A DNA stretch of 64,000 nucleotides from NCBI GenBank assembly GCA_039805545.1, contig JBDLUA010000001.1, positions 566 through 64,565 on the forward strand. Reading direction: 5' to 3'. The stretch comes from Candidatus Parcubacteria bacterium (lineage in GTDB: Bacteria; Patescibacteriota; Minisyncoccia; Phycocordibacterales; JAACPR01). The position numbers and the translations under genes were made by a program. The notes below the pieces were generated by a model. It did no database searches. It saw only the letters and a program-made list of their open reading frames with translations, and had not been told where the DNA came from. Of the stretch, positions 30,330 through 39,884 are shown in pieces; positions within the stretch are counted from its first letter, which is position 1, and each line of letters begins with the position of its first letter.

Positions 30330-32225
30330 TTATTTTTGTTCTTCCTCTTCCGGTTTCACTTCTTCAGCATCCTTTACTTCCGGTTCTCCTTCTGTCTTAG
30401 GTTGCTCGGCGTTAGCTTGTTGCCCTGCTTGATACATCTTAGTAGAAACTTCGTTTAATACTTTTGAAAGTTCTACGGTTGCAGTATCAATGTCAGATGC
30501 ATTGTCAGTTGTGATCTTGCTTCGAAGATTTGTGATTTTATCATTGATTGATTTTTGATCATCTTCTGAAATCTTATCTTTGTTTTCATTGATAAGTTTT
30601 TCTGAAGCGTAGATAGTTTGTTCTGCAGTGTTTTTGTGTTCAACAAGTTTTCGTTTTGCTTCATCCTCGGCAGCATGCATTTCTGCATCCTTTTGCATCT
30701 TTTCAATTTCTTCTTTTGAAAGTCCTGATGACGCTTCGATTCGAATTGATTGCTCCTTGTTTGTTGCTTTATCTTTTGCAGATACCTTGAGAATTCCGTT
30801 TGCATCAATGTCAAATGTTACTTCAACTTGAGGAATACCTCGTGGTGCAGGTGGAATTCCATCAAGAACAAATCGTCCAAGAGACTTGTTATCAGTTGCT
30901 TGCGCTCGTTCTCCTTGTACAATGTGAATTTCTACTTGAGTTTGATTATCTGCTGCGGTTGAGAATACTTGTGATCGTGAAGCTGGAATAGTAGTGTTCT
31001 TTTCGATAAGTTTTGTTGCGATTCCCCCCATTGTTTCGATTCCAAGTGAAAGTGGAATCACATCAAGAAGAAGTACGTCCTTTACATCTCCTCCAAGAAT
31101 TCCTCCTTGAATAGCAGCTCCAAGCGCTACTACTTCATCTGGGTTAATTGATTTGTTTGGCTCTTTACCAAAGAATTCTTTTACCTTTGCTTGGATAAGT
31201 GGCATTCGAGTTTGTCCACCTACGAGAATAATTTCTTGAATGTCTTCTTTCTTAAATGGAGAAGCTTCGAGTGCTCGTTTTGTAATTTCAATTGATCGAT
31301 CAATGAATTCCATTGAAAGTTCTTCAAGCTTTGCTCGTGAAAGTTTTTGAACAAGGTGCTCTGGACCATTTGGACCTGATGCAATAAACGGAATGTTGAT
31401 TTCTGTTTCGTTTGCAGTTGAGAGTTCAATCTTTGCTTTTTCTGATTCTTCGTAGAGTCTTTGAAGCGCAAGTGGATCCTTTGCAAGGTCAATTGCTGTT
31501 TGCTTTTTGAATTCATCAATAATCCATTGAATTACTTTTTGATCAATGTCTTTTCCTCCCATGTGTGAGTCTCCATCTGTAGACTTAACTTCAATCACAT
31601 CATCCCCTACTTCAAGTACAGATACATCAAATGTTCCTCCTCCGAAGTCGAATACAACAATCTTTTCTTCTTTCTTTTTTCCAAACCCATATGCAAGAGC
31701 CGCAGCTGTAGGTTCGTTTATGATTCGTTTTACATCAAGACCTGCAATCTTTCCAGCATCCTTAGTTGCTTGTCGTTGTGCATCGTTAAAGTATGCAGGT
31801 ACAGTAACAATGGCTTCGGTGATGGTTTCACCTGTTCGTGCCTCTGCATCTGCTTTTAATTTAGAAAGAATCATTGCAGAAATTTCTTCTGGTCGATAAT
31901 CTTTTCCAGACATTTCCACAACTACTCCTCCATTGTCAGATTTTTTAATTTGATATGGAACAGTTTTTTTATCTTTTTCTACTGACGCATCATCAAATGA
32001 GTGACCAATAAATCGCTTAATACCAAATACAGTATTTTGAGGATTAGTCACAGATTGTCGTTTTGCTGTTTGTCCAACAAGTCGTTCGTTGTTTTTTGAT
32101 ATTGCAACGATAGATGGTGTTGTTCGTGCACCTTCTGCGTTCTCAATAATCTTTGGCTCAGAGGCTTCGATGATAGCCATTGCTGAGTTTGTTGTCCCTA
32201 AATCGATTCCTAGTATTTTTGCCAT
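30330..32225 (-). CDS. dnaK: Chaperone DnaK
   Basis: [32 protein letters not shown]. Confidence 0.99.
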   Translation of the reverse strand: MAKILGIDLGTTNSAMAIIEASEPKIIENAEGARTTPSIVAISKNNERLVGQTAKRQSVTNPQNTVFGIKRFIGHSFDDASVEKDKKTVPYQIKKSDNGGVVVEMSGKDYRPEEISAMILSKLKADAEARTGETITEAIVTVPAYFNDAQRQATKDAGKIAGLDVKRIINEPTAAALAYGFGKKKEEKIVVFDFGGGTFDVSVLEVGDDVIEVKSTDGDSHMGGKDIDQKVIQWIIDEFKKQTAIDLAKDPLALQRLYEESEKAKIELSTANETEINIPFIASGPNGPEHLVQKLSRAKLEELSMEFIDRSIEITKRALEASPFKKEDIQEIILVGGQTRMPLIQAKVKEFFGKEPNKSINPDEVVALGAAIQGGILGGDVKDVLLLDVIPLSLGIETMGGIATKLIEKNTTIPASRSQVFSTAADNQTQVEIHIVQGERAQATDNKSLGRFVLDGIPPAPRGIPQVEVTFDIDANGILKVSAKDKATNKEQSIRIEASSGLSKEEIEKMQKDAEMHAAEDEAKRKLVEHKNTAEQTIYASEKLINENKDKISEDDQKSINDKITNLRSKITTDNASDIDTATVELSKVLNEVSTKMYQAGQQANAEQPKTEGEPEVKDAEEVKPEEEEQK

Positions 32226-32269
32226 AGTATTTTGATTATTAGCCTGATAATTGTGTGCGTATTTTAAAT

Positions 32270-32833
32270 TTATTTTTCGTATTTGTAAACTTTCACTGAT
32301 GCTGCTCGGATAATTCGTGAAGGAGTTCGATATCCTTTCAAAATTACCTGTGCTACCGTATGATCAAGCGTTTCATCATCAGTGGACACCTCCTCTATCG
32401 CCTCGTGTTCTTCAGGCGAAAATGCTTGATTAAGAGGGTTTATCTCTGTCACCCCGTACTCTTCAAGTACTCGTTTGAATTGCTGGTGAACATATTCAAA
32501 CCCAGTAAGCCATTTTTTGAATGAGTCATCAAAGTTTCCCGCAAGAGCCATGTCAAAACTATCAAGTATTGGTAAAAGAGATTCAACAATTGAAATGGTA
32601 GAACTATCTTTTGCTTGAGTAAAGATGGATTCGTTTTGTTTTTTGTAATTAATAAAATCAGCTTGCGCTCTTTGCCAACCAGAAAGATACTCTTCTTTTT
32701 CACTTTGACATTTGTCTAGTTTTTCTTTAAGAGTTTTTATCTTTTTTTGATAGTCTTGACCGACATGAGAGTCTTCACTAAATTCTTCTTCAAGTATGAT
32801 GTCATCAGTTGTGTCTTGATGTTTTTTTGTCAT
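32270..32833 (-). CDS. grpE: Nucleotide exchange factor GrpE
   Basis: [29 protein letters not shown]....IIRAA.V.V. Confidence 0.96.
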   Translation of the reverse strand: MTKKHQDTTDDIILEEEFSEDSHVGQDYQKKIKTLKEKLDKCQSEKEEYLSGWQRAQADFINYKKQNESIFTQAKDSSTISIVESLLPILDSFDMALAGNFDDSFKKWLTGFEYVHQQFKRVLEEYGVTEINPLNQAFSPEEHEAIEEVSTDDETLDHTVAQVILKGYRTPSRIIRAASVKVYKYEK

Positions 32834-32860
32834 GTTGAAATTAAGTTAGTGTGCTGAGTT

Positions 32861-32984
32861 GTCATTCCTGCGTAGGCAGGAATCCAGGATCACTGTAAGA
32901 AGTAGTAAGATAAAAATCTAAACCATTTCTTTATATTTCTTGTTTCGTACCTGGATCCCCGCCTTCGCGGGGATGACGTGCTAA
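32861..32984 (-). mobile_element. Second copy of the ~120-bp composite palindromic element
   Basis: gtcattcctgcgtaggcaggaatccaggatcac...cctggatccccgccttcgcggggatgacgtgctaa. Confidence 0.75.
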
Positions 32985-32995
32985 TAAAACAGGGA

Positions 32996-33403
32996 TTATC
33001 GCTTACTCCATTGAGCAGCTTTTCGAGCTTTCTTGAGACCGAACTTTCGTCGTTCTTTTGCTCGTGGATCTCGCTTAAGAAATCCTTTCTTTTTGAGGTC
33101 TTTTCGAAGTTCTTCGTTGAACTTTACAAGTGCTCGTGAGATAGCAAGTCGTACACTTTCTGCTTGTGAAGAAATTCCTCCACCGTTTACTTTTGCAGTT
33201 ACTTCAAACTTTGTTGTAAGTTCTGTATCAAGGAAAGCTTCTCCTGCTGTTTTTTGTAGAGTTTCTGTTTTGAAAAATTCAACAACTGGCTTGTCGTTTA
33301 CTGTGATAGAATTTGTCTTTGATTCAAAAAGTCGAACTCGTGCGACTGATTCTTTTCGTCGTCCAATTGCTTCAATATATTTTTCTGATTTTTTTGTTGC
33401 CAT
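32996..33403 (-). CDS. rpsI: 30S ribosomal protein S9
   Basis: GRRKESVARV, GGG.SSQA, KKARKAAQWSKR. Confidence 0.98.
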   Translation of the reverse strand: MATKKSEKYIEAIGRRKESVARVRLFESKTNSITVNDKPVVEFFKTETLQKTAGEAFLDTELTTKFEVTAKVNGGGISSQAESVRLAISRALVKFNEELRKDLKKKGFLKRDPRAKERRKFGLKKARKAAQWSKR

Positions 33404-33407
33404 ATTC

Positions 33408-33749
33408 TTATTCACTAATCTTTAGTTTTTTAATCATTTCTGCTCGAAGTCGATTCTTTGGAAGCATTCCCATGATGGCCTTTCGATATACTTCAGCAAC
33501 ACCTCGCTTTGCGATCATTTGATCCATTGATCGAGTTTTAAGACCACTTGGATATCCTGTAAACCATTTGTATTCTTTTTCATCTTTCTTCTTGTCTGAA
33601 ATATCAGCCTTTGAAGCATTGATGATATGAACTCCTTCTGTAGTAACCTTGTTAGGTTCGTACATTGGTGAGTCTTTACCCATAAGAATCATTGCTGCTT
33701 CTTGAGCTATTCGACCGATTTTTTTGTTTGTTGCGTCAATTGTTTTCAT
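33408..33749 (-). CDS. rplM: 50S ribosomal protein L13 (short form)
   Basis: IDAT...GRIA, IINA, TGYPSGL, GMLPKN. Confidence 0.97.
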   Translation of the reverse strand: MKTIDATNKKIGRIAQEAAMILMGKDSPMYEPNKVTTEGVHIINASKADISDKKKDEKEYKWFTGYPSGLKTRSMDQMIAKRGVAEVYRKAIMGMLPKNRLRAEMIKKLKISE

Positions 33750-33760
33750 GTTTGATTCTA

Positions 33761-34111
33761 TTATGCTACAAATTCGATATAAGCCATTTTACTTCCGTCA
33801 CTCTTTCGTGGTTCCATCTTCACGATTCGTGTGTATCCTCCGTTTCGGTCTTGCATGTTTGAAGCAATTGATTCGAGTTCTCGTGCTACATCAAAACTTC
33901 CAGTTTGTGATTGGATAACCCGCTTTGTATGTAGATCACTTGTTTTTGATTTAGTAACAAGCTTTTCGATCATTGGTCGAAGTTCCTTTGCTTTTGCTTC
34001 GGTAGTTACAATTCGCTTATATTTTACAAGGTTGTACACCAAACCATTCATCAAAGCATTTCTTTGAGTTTTGGTTCGTCCGAATTTTCGTTTTGTATTG
34101 TGGTGTCTCAT
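33761..34111 (-). CDS. rplQ: 50S ribosomal protein L17
   Basis: MRH, TTEAKAKE, RNGGYTRI. Confidence 0.98.
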   Translation of the reverse strand: MRHHNTKRKFGRTKTQRNALMNGLVYNLVKYKRIVTTEAKAKELRPMIEKLVTKSKTSDLHTKRVIQSQTGSFDVARELESIASNMQDRNGGYTRIVKMEPRKSDGSKMAYIEFVA

Positions 34112-34157
34112 GGCCTTATAGATTAATATAATTTAAGTATTTTGTAAAGATTGGGTA

Positions 34158-35114
34158 TTAGTCTTTGAGTTCGATTCCGTGTTTTGCAAGAAGTTCTTTG
34201 ATTTCTTCAAGTCCTTTGTTGCCAAACCCTTCGATTTCGAGGATATCAGCAGACTTCTTTCGTGCAAGACCTCCTACTGTTCGGATGTTTGCGTTTGAAA
34301 GTGCATTAATTGTTCGTGCTGAAAGTTCGAGATCTTCGATTCGTGTTTTAAGAAAATCTTCAACATCGATTTCTTCTTTTATATCAGATTCGATTGTTGC
34401 TGATTGCATAGGAAGCTCTACTTCTTCTTTGAATCCAACAACTGCTTTGAGTTGTGTAATCATTGTTGAAATTGATCGTTCAAGTGCTTCTTTTGGAGTG
34501 ATTGTTCCGTCTGTTTCGATAGTAAGTCGAAGTCGGTTGTAATCTGTTCGATCACCTACTCGCATGTTTTCTGATTCGTAGTTTACTCGTCGAATTGGAG
34601 TAAAGATTGCATCAAGTGCAATTGTTCCTACTTCTACTTTATCTTTGTGAAGCATTTCTTTTGGTACAAAACCAATTCCATTCTCCACTTTGATTTCCAT
34701 TTTTACTTCTGTCTTTGTTGTAATTTCAAAAAGCTCAAGATCTTTGTTGATGATCTCAATTTGTGATGGAACATTGATGTCTGCTGCAGTTACTTTCTTT
34801 GGTCCTTTTACATTAAGTTCAACTTTCATTGGTTCGTGATTGTCCATTGTAAGTCGAATTTTCTTAAGGTTAAGAATGATAGAGATAACATCTTCTTTTA
34901 CACCTTCAATTGTTGAGAATTCATGTCCTACACCTTCGATTTTAACTTCTGTTACAGCTGTTCCTGGAAGTGAAGAAAGAATAATTCGTCGGAGTGAGTT
35001 TCCAAGTGTGTGACCGTATCCTGGGTAAAGTCCATCAATTTCGTAAATACCCTTGAAGTTTTCTTCAGATACAATCTTTGGCTTTGATGGAATGGCAATG
35101 TTTTGTTCGATCAT
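34158..35114 (-). CDS. rpoA: RNA polymerase alpha subunit
   Basis: GYGHTLGNSLRR.LLSS, HEFSTIEGVKED, alpha-CTD. Confidence 0.99.
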   Translation of the reverse strand: MIEQNIAIPSKPKIVSEENFKGIYEIDGLYPGYGHTLGNSLRRIILSSLPGTAVTEVKIEGVGHEFSTIEGVKEDVISIILNLKKIRLTMDNHEPMKVELNVKGPKKVTAADINVPSQIEIINKDLELFEITTKTEVKMEIKVENGIGFVPKEMLHKDKVEVGTIALDAIFTPIRRVNYESENMRVGDRTDYNRLRLTIETDGTITPKEALERSISTMITQLKAVVGFKEEVELPMQSATIESDIKEEIDVEDFLKTRIEDLELSARTINALSNANIRTVGGLARKKSADILEIEGFGNKGLEEIKELLAKHGIELKD

Positions 35115-35135
35115 AATATTTTATGTTACTTAAAA

Positions 35136-35744
35136 TTATTTTTTGTAATATTCCATTACTGAGTTCAAATCGAAATGCAATTCTTGCGGTACATATGTGG
35201 CCTCACCAGTTATTTTTACTGATAAGTCTTTTGCATTTACTTTAAGCCATGCGGGTGTGTTTGCTTCGTTGAGAGATTTTTCTGCGTTTTCAAAGAGTTT
35301 CTTTGATTTACTTCCCTCTCGCACAGCAATCACATCGTCTTTTTTGACTGCATAAGAAGGAATATTTACTCGAACACCATTTACAGTGAAGTGTCCGTGA
35401 GATACAGCTTGTCGAGCCATAAGTCGTGATTTTACAAATCCTGATTTAAGAACTACGTTATCAAGTCGATTTTCGAGAAGTTTAAAGAGAAGGTCTGATT
35501 GACCAGTTTTTGAAGTTTCAATTACTTTCTTTACGTAATTTTTTAGTTGTTTTTCAACGATACAGTATGTGAATCGTACTTTTTGTTTTTCAATAAGTTG
35601 TTGTCCGAATACAGAAGAAGGTCTTTTTTGTCGAAGATTTTTTGTCTTCTTTTGTTCATTCAAAGAGAACTTAGCTGTTTGTGTTTTTTCAAACACTGCA
35701 GATCCAAGTCTTCGAGCGATTTTATATTTTGGTCCTATATGCAT
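35136..35744 (-). CDS. rpsD: 30S ribosomal protein S4
   Basis: EKQKVR..Y, LE.RLDNVV, ARQ.VSHGH. Confidence 0.98.
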   Translation of the reverse strand: MHIGPKYKIARRLGSAVFEKTQTAKFSLNEQKKTKNLRQKRPSSVFGQQLIEKQKVRFTYCIVEKQLKNYVKKVIETSKTGQSDLLFKLLENRLDNVVLKSGFVKSRLMARQAVSHGHFTVNGVRVNIPSYAVKKDDVIAVREGSKSKKLFENAEKSLNEANTPAWLKVNAKDLSVKITGEATYVPQELHFDLNSVMEYYKK

Positions 35745-35768
35745 AACTCAATCTTTATAAATTAATAA

Positions 35769-36197
35769 TTAAACTCGTCTAGGCTTAGGCGGTTTTGGTC
35801 CGTTGTGAGGTACAGGAGTTCTATCTTTGATAGATTTGATAGCAATTCCCTTTGAGATAAAACCTCGAATTGAAGATTCTCGGCCTGATCCTACACCTTT
35901 TACGATAACATCTACCTCTTTTAATCCAAGCTTCTCTGCTTTTTCTGCAAGCTCTTCAGCTGCTTTTGAAGCGGCAAAAGGAGTACCTTTTTTGGCACCC
36001 TTGAATCCAAGTGCTCCTGATGAAGCTGCACAGATAGCGTTTCCTTTTGTATCTGTAAGAAGAAGCTTTGTGTTGTTAAAAGTTGATTGCACGTACAAAA
36101 TACCTGCATCAAGCTTTTTTCTTGGAAGCTTCTTTCCTGCTCCTGATTTTACAGAAGAGTCATTAGATCCTTTTTTTACGATTCGTTTTTTTCCCAT
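35769..36197 (-). CDS. rpsK: 30S ribosomal protein S11
   Basis: STFNNT, KGTPFAA, TPVPHNG. Confidence 0.98.
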   Translation of the reverse strand: MGKKRIVKKGSNDSSVKSGAGKKLPRKKLDAGILYVQSTFNNTKLLLTDTKGNAICAASSGALGFKGAKKGTPFAASKAAEELAEKAEKLGLKEVDVIVKGVGSGRESSIRGFISKGIAIKSIKDRTPVPHNGPKPPKPRRV

Positions 36198-36203
36198 ACT
36201 ATT

Positions 36204-36584
36204 TTATTTCTTGTCTACGGTTTTTCGTCCTGAACCCATAGTCTTTCGAACATTACCTCGTACTGTTCGAGAGTTTGTTTTGGTTCGTTGACCTCGTGCT
36301 GGTAATTTTCGACTGTGTCGTGTTCCTCTGTAAGCAGAAATATCTTTCAATCGTTTGATATTTGAAGAAATTTCTCGCTTAAGTTCTCCTTCAATTTTAA
36401 TTTTTTCAATAACTTCTCGAATTTTGTTTTCATCATCAGCTGACAAATCAGTTGCTTTTTTTGTTGACTCAATACCAACTTTTGAAAGTATAGACTTTGC
36501 TCGCGCTCGTCCAATACCATAAATAGCTGTAAGTGCAAACTCAAGCTGCTTGTCATCTGGAATTGTTATACCCTGTATTCTCAT
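36204..36584 (-). CDS. rpsM: 30S ribosomal protein S13
   Basis: IYGIG, YRG.RH...LP.RGQRTKTN. Confidence 0.98.
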   Translation of the reverse strand: MRIQGITIPDDKQLEFALTAIYGIGRARAKSILSKVGIESTKKATDLSADDENKIREVIEKIKIEGELKREISSNIKRLKDISAYRGTRHSRKLPARGQRTKTNSRTVRGNVRKTMGSGRKTVDKK

Positions 36585-36644
36585 TGAATTCTCTTTTTTG
36601 TTAGATGCCTAGTGTATCAAAAGAAACCTTTGTTGTAAAGGGTG

Positions 36645-36854
36645 TTATAACCGTTTTACGATTCTTGCCTTGCCACCATATGGATCTTCGAGGACCTCTA
36701 CAGTATCTCCCACCAAAACTCGAATTTTGTGCATTCTCATTTTGCCCGAAAGATACGCAATTGTTTCTTTTTCTCCTCCAATTAAGATTCGAAAAAGCGT
36801 GTTAGGCATTGCTTCAATTACTGTTCCTTTTACCGTTTCTTCTTTACTTTGCAT
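36645..36854 (-). CDS. infA: Translation initiation factor IF-1
   Basis: G.V.EAMPN..FR, SGKMR...IRVL.GD.V.V. Confidence 0.96.
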   Translation of the reverse strand: MQSKEETVKGTVIEAMPNTLFRILIGGEKETIAYLSGKMRMHKIRVLVGDTVEVLEDPYGGKARIVKRL

Positions 36855-36857
36855 TTC

Positions 36858-36888
36858 AAATTTGTATCAATATTTAAGGCTTATGTCA
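36858..36888 (-). promoter_or_regulatory. Likely sigma70 promoter of the infA-rpsM operon
   Basis: TTGACA-taagccttaaatattga-TACAAA on minus strand. Confidence 0.55.
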
Positions 36889-36889
36889 A

Positions 36890-38233
36890 TTATTCCTGAA
36901 TAATAACTTCGATTTTTGAAGGGTCTTCTGGGAATGAGGACTTCCAAAATGGTTTAAGCTCTGCTTTTGCGTTTTCAAAAGATGAGTATCCATCGATAAT
37001 TTTTGCAATTTCACTTCGTTTTTTACCGGCAAAGTCTTTTTGAAGCTTTTCAGACTCAGTTGCATATGTAATAAGGCTTGTTCCTGACACTTTTATACCA
37101 TCTTCTCCTATGAGAAATGCGAGTTTTGAAGTATCAAGGGTAAATGTGTCCGTAGTAGACGCTCCACTAATTGAGTTCTGACCAATAAAGTTAGAAAGAT
37201 CTTTTTTTACAAAAGAATACGCATCTACTCGTGCAGTAAGTGTAAGTACTACTGAGTCTCCTTGTGCCTTATCTTGGAGTTCTCCAAATGAGAGTGTACT
37301 CATATCTGGAACAAGCACATACTCAGTTGATTGGTTTTGATCTTGTGAGAATTGATTTTGTAGATCTTGCTCAAGGTCTTTTCGAGCTTGTTCTTTGGCT
37401 TCATCTGATACTACTTTTTGAATACCAATATATCCACCCGTGATATCTCCTATGTTTTCGGCAGTAATCTTGTCGAATTGTTCTTTTCCTGAAAATCCTG
37501 GAATTGTAAATTTAACTTGTCCTGAAGTGTTGTAATCCTCTCCTGCACTGTCAGCAAATACTTCAACATCAAGTGTTCCTGGTACCATTGTTCCTCCGTT
37601 CATTGTATATCCTGGTATTACAATCGAATCTCTGATTCGATAAATAAGTCCGTTTGGAGCTTGGAATCGAGTGTTCTTTACAAGTTCTTGTGGAGCATCC
37701 TTGTGTTTGTTTGTGATTCTTATCTTTCCACTTGCTTGTTTTTCTACTTGTTGCTCGCCTGTTGCAGGAAGAGTCTTGCTTGCTGACTTTGAAAGTTGAG
37801 TCTTTGTTGCCAGTTTGTTTGTTCCATCTGTTGGAATTACAATCGCAACCTCTGCAGTTGTCTTCTTTGGTGTAATTGTGATCTTTGCATCAGTTTGACC
37901 TATAAGAATTGCAAAAAAGATAAGAACACCGATACCAACGGCCATTATAATTTTTTTTGAGCCAGACTTTTTTCTTTTGTGAGGCTTTCGAGGAGCTTCG
38001 TATTCTTCCTCTTCTTCAACTTCTTCTCTTTGATATGCGTGAGGCTCAGGTGCTCTTTGTGGTTCTTCATATGAAGAATATGTAGGAGTTTCAAAAACTT
38101 CTTCTTGAGGTTCTACATCTCGCATCTTTGGTTTTCGAGGTGTTCGTACTTCTTTATGGTTTGGAAGTGGAATATCTCGTATTGATCGTTTTGAACTTGA
38201 TGGAACTACATCTTGTAAGAAATTCTTTTTCAT
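36890..38233 (-). CDS. Bitopic membrane protein with baseplate-J-like extracellular domain (CPR-type)
   Basis: Disordered acidic N-terminus, one TM, ASG.I.I.N, TRF...G..YR, A...GEDYN, GG. Confidence 0.7.
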   Translation of the reverse strand: MKKNFLQDVVPSSSKRSIRDIPLPNHKEVRTPRKPKMRDVEPQEEVFETPTYSSYEEPQRAPEPHAYQREEVEEEEEYEAPRKPHKRKKSGSKKIIMAVGIGVLIFFAILIGQTDAKITITPKKTTAEVAIVIPTDGTNKLATKTQLSKSASKTLPATGEQQVEKQASGKIRITNKHKDAPQELVKNTRFQAPNGLIYRIRDSIVIPGYTMNGGTMVPGTLDVEVFADSAGEDYNTSGQVKFTIPGFSGKEQFDKITAENIGDITGGYIGIQKVVSDEAKEQARKDLEQDLQNQFSQDQNQSTEYVLVPDMSTLSFGELQDKAQGDSVVLTLTARVDAYSFVKKDLSNFIGQNSISGASTTDTFTLDTSKLAFLIGEDGIKVSGTSLITYATESEKLQKDFAGKKRSEIAKIIDGYSSFENAKAELKPFWKSSFPEDPSKIEVIIQE

Positions 38234-38248
38234 ATCGTGTATGCAACT

Positions 38249-39349
38249 TTAAATTAATGCCTCTAATGTTAAATCTAACTCAATTTCTCCTATCGGAGTC
38301 TTGTAGGTAATTATATCTTTTAACAAAGAGATATCAAAATTAATTATTCTATGGTTTTTGAGGTTCATCTGAGCATTATTTTGCAATGTTTTTGAAAGAA
38401 TCTCGGTAAAAAAGCTCACAACCTTTGGATTTGAGAGTACTAAAAACTTGTGTGGGACATGAGTTCCAAAATATTGAAGAGTTTGAATTACAGAATTCCC
38501 CCATGATTGCATTACCGTATCTAGTTGTACTTGAGATTGTGGAGATTTAATAAGAACTTCTTTTTGATAGAGTAAATCATACTCATATGACTTAATATTT
38601 GTTTGTAGTGCCCGAAGAAAGTCGTGAATACCAATTGGGAATGTTGCAAATTGCACAAGTGCATCATCTTGAATAATTCCAACCTCAGTAATCTCCCCAC
38701 TTACATACACAAAGACAAGATTATCCTCCTTAATCATAAACCGTGTTGTGTTCTCAACAATAGTCATAGGACTTGTTTTGCAATGAGCAGTTTTAGATTC
38801 TGGAAAATACTGTTTAAGAATATCTTTGAGCATTGAGTATGTGTCTTTTGCTATAAAACTTGAATACACATCAATTTGAACATGAGAACATCGAGTATTT
38901 TCAATGTGTGTAATTGTGTATCCGTTTGTTTGAATCTTTGTAATACATTTTTCGAGTACATAGAGCTTATCATCGGCAGGAATCTTTTTAAGTTCTTGTT
39001 CTATAAAATCATCATTAAGTACAATTTCATTTTCAAAATTTAAAGAATCAATTCGTGATGTGAACCAAGGAGTGTGGAGAATAAACACTATAGTGCACGG
39101 GTTATTTTGAATTATTTGTTTGATAGAGGTGTGGTTTTTTTCAAAAGCAGCTTTAAGCTCTTTGATATAAGTGTTGGTATATAGTTTTGGATCTTGAGAG
39201 TTTTGTAAAAAAAGAATATTGCGTTCAACAAACAACACTTCCCTCTTATTGTTTGGAAGAACCTTAATTAATTGAAAATCAATAGAAGAACTTTTTAAAG
39301 AAATGTGTAATGAGTATGTAAAAGTATTCTTAGGTTTTAAGAAAGGCAT
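38249..39349 (-). CDS. Hypothetical protein, divergent actin-like (FtsA/PilM-like) fold
   Basis: PWF, NGY, VYVSGEITEV..I, ATFPIG motifs; TGcTATAAT before ATG 39349. Confidence 0.55.
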   Translation of the reverse strand: MPFLKPKNTFTYSLHISLKSSSIDFQLIKVLPNNKREVLFVERNILFLQNSQDPKLYTNTYIKELKAAFEKNHTSIKQIIQNNPCTIVFILHTPWFTSRIDSLNFENEIVLNDDFIEQELKKIPADDKLYVLEKCITKIQTNGYTITHIENTRCSHVQIDVYSSFIAKDTYSMLKDILKQYFPESKTAHCKTSPMTIVENTTRFMIKEDNLVFVYVSGEITEVGIIQDDALVQFATFPIGIHDFLRALQTNIKSYEYDLLYQKEVLIKSPQSQVQLDTVMQSWGNSVIQTLQYFGTHVPHKFLVLSNPKVVSFFTEILSKTLQNNAQMNLKNHRIINFDISLLKDIITYKTPIGEIELDLTLEALI

Positions 39350-39384
39350 AGGAGTATTATAGCATAGAACATTTATAAACAATT

Positions 39385-39879
39385 CTATTTCTTTACCTTT
39401 TTTGCCATATCGTTTGCAATTTCAGTACAAACCCCAATATTTTTCACACCCTCATTCATTAATTCAAAAACCAATCTATAGAAAGAAGGGAGTTGTTTTT
39501 TTATTTCGCTATTTATTTTCTTTCTGTCTTCTTTTAATAATTTATGAAAAATCTTTTTTCTTAGTAAATTAAATTGTTTTAGTTCATCCAGTAATTGTTT
39601 GTTTTTGTTATATCGTTCAAGTCTTACAATTAGTTCACCCAAAGGAGTTTCCTTATCTTTTTTATCTTCAAATTTAAGATTATATTGCTTAAGTGCTAGA
39701 GATACTGCAATTTCTTGACACTCAATTGCATATTTTATTTTGTCTTCTACTTCAAGTGCATAATATAAAAAAGCTTCCACATAAAATTCATTCAATAACA
39801 GCGTTTTCAATCTCTCTCCGAATGGGTGTAGTTCTTTATTTTTACTATATATTGCAAAAATACTCAAAGTGTTATCCAT
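39385..39879 (-). CDS. Putative HEPN-domain protein
   Basis: LGELI..L and FNLLRKKIFH (Rx4H); low GC, AGA codons. Confidence 0.55.
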   Translation of the reverse strand: MDNTLSIFAIYSKNKELHPFGERLKTLLLNEFYVEAFLYYALEVEDKIKYAIECQEIAVSLALKQYNLKFEDKKDKETPLGELIVRLERYNKNKQLLDELKQFNLLRKKIFHKLLKEDRKKINSEIKKQLPSFYRLVFELMNEGVKNIGVCTEIANDMAKKVKK

Positions 39880-39884
39880 AAATC

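Noticed and set aside
32845-32985. Complete CIRCE element before grpE
   Set aside because: The TTAGCAC match belongs to the repeat flank (also at 13912 and ~13994-14000), and there is no 9-bp-spaced partner.
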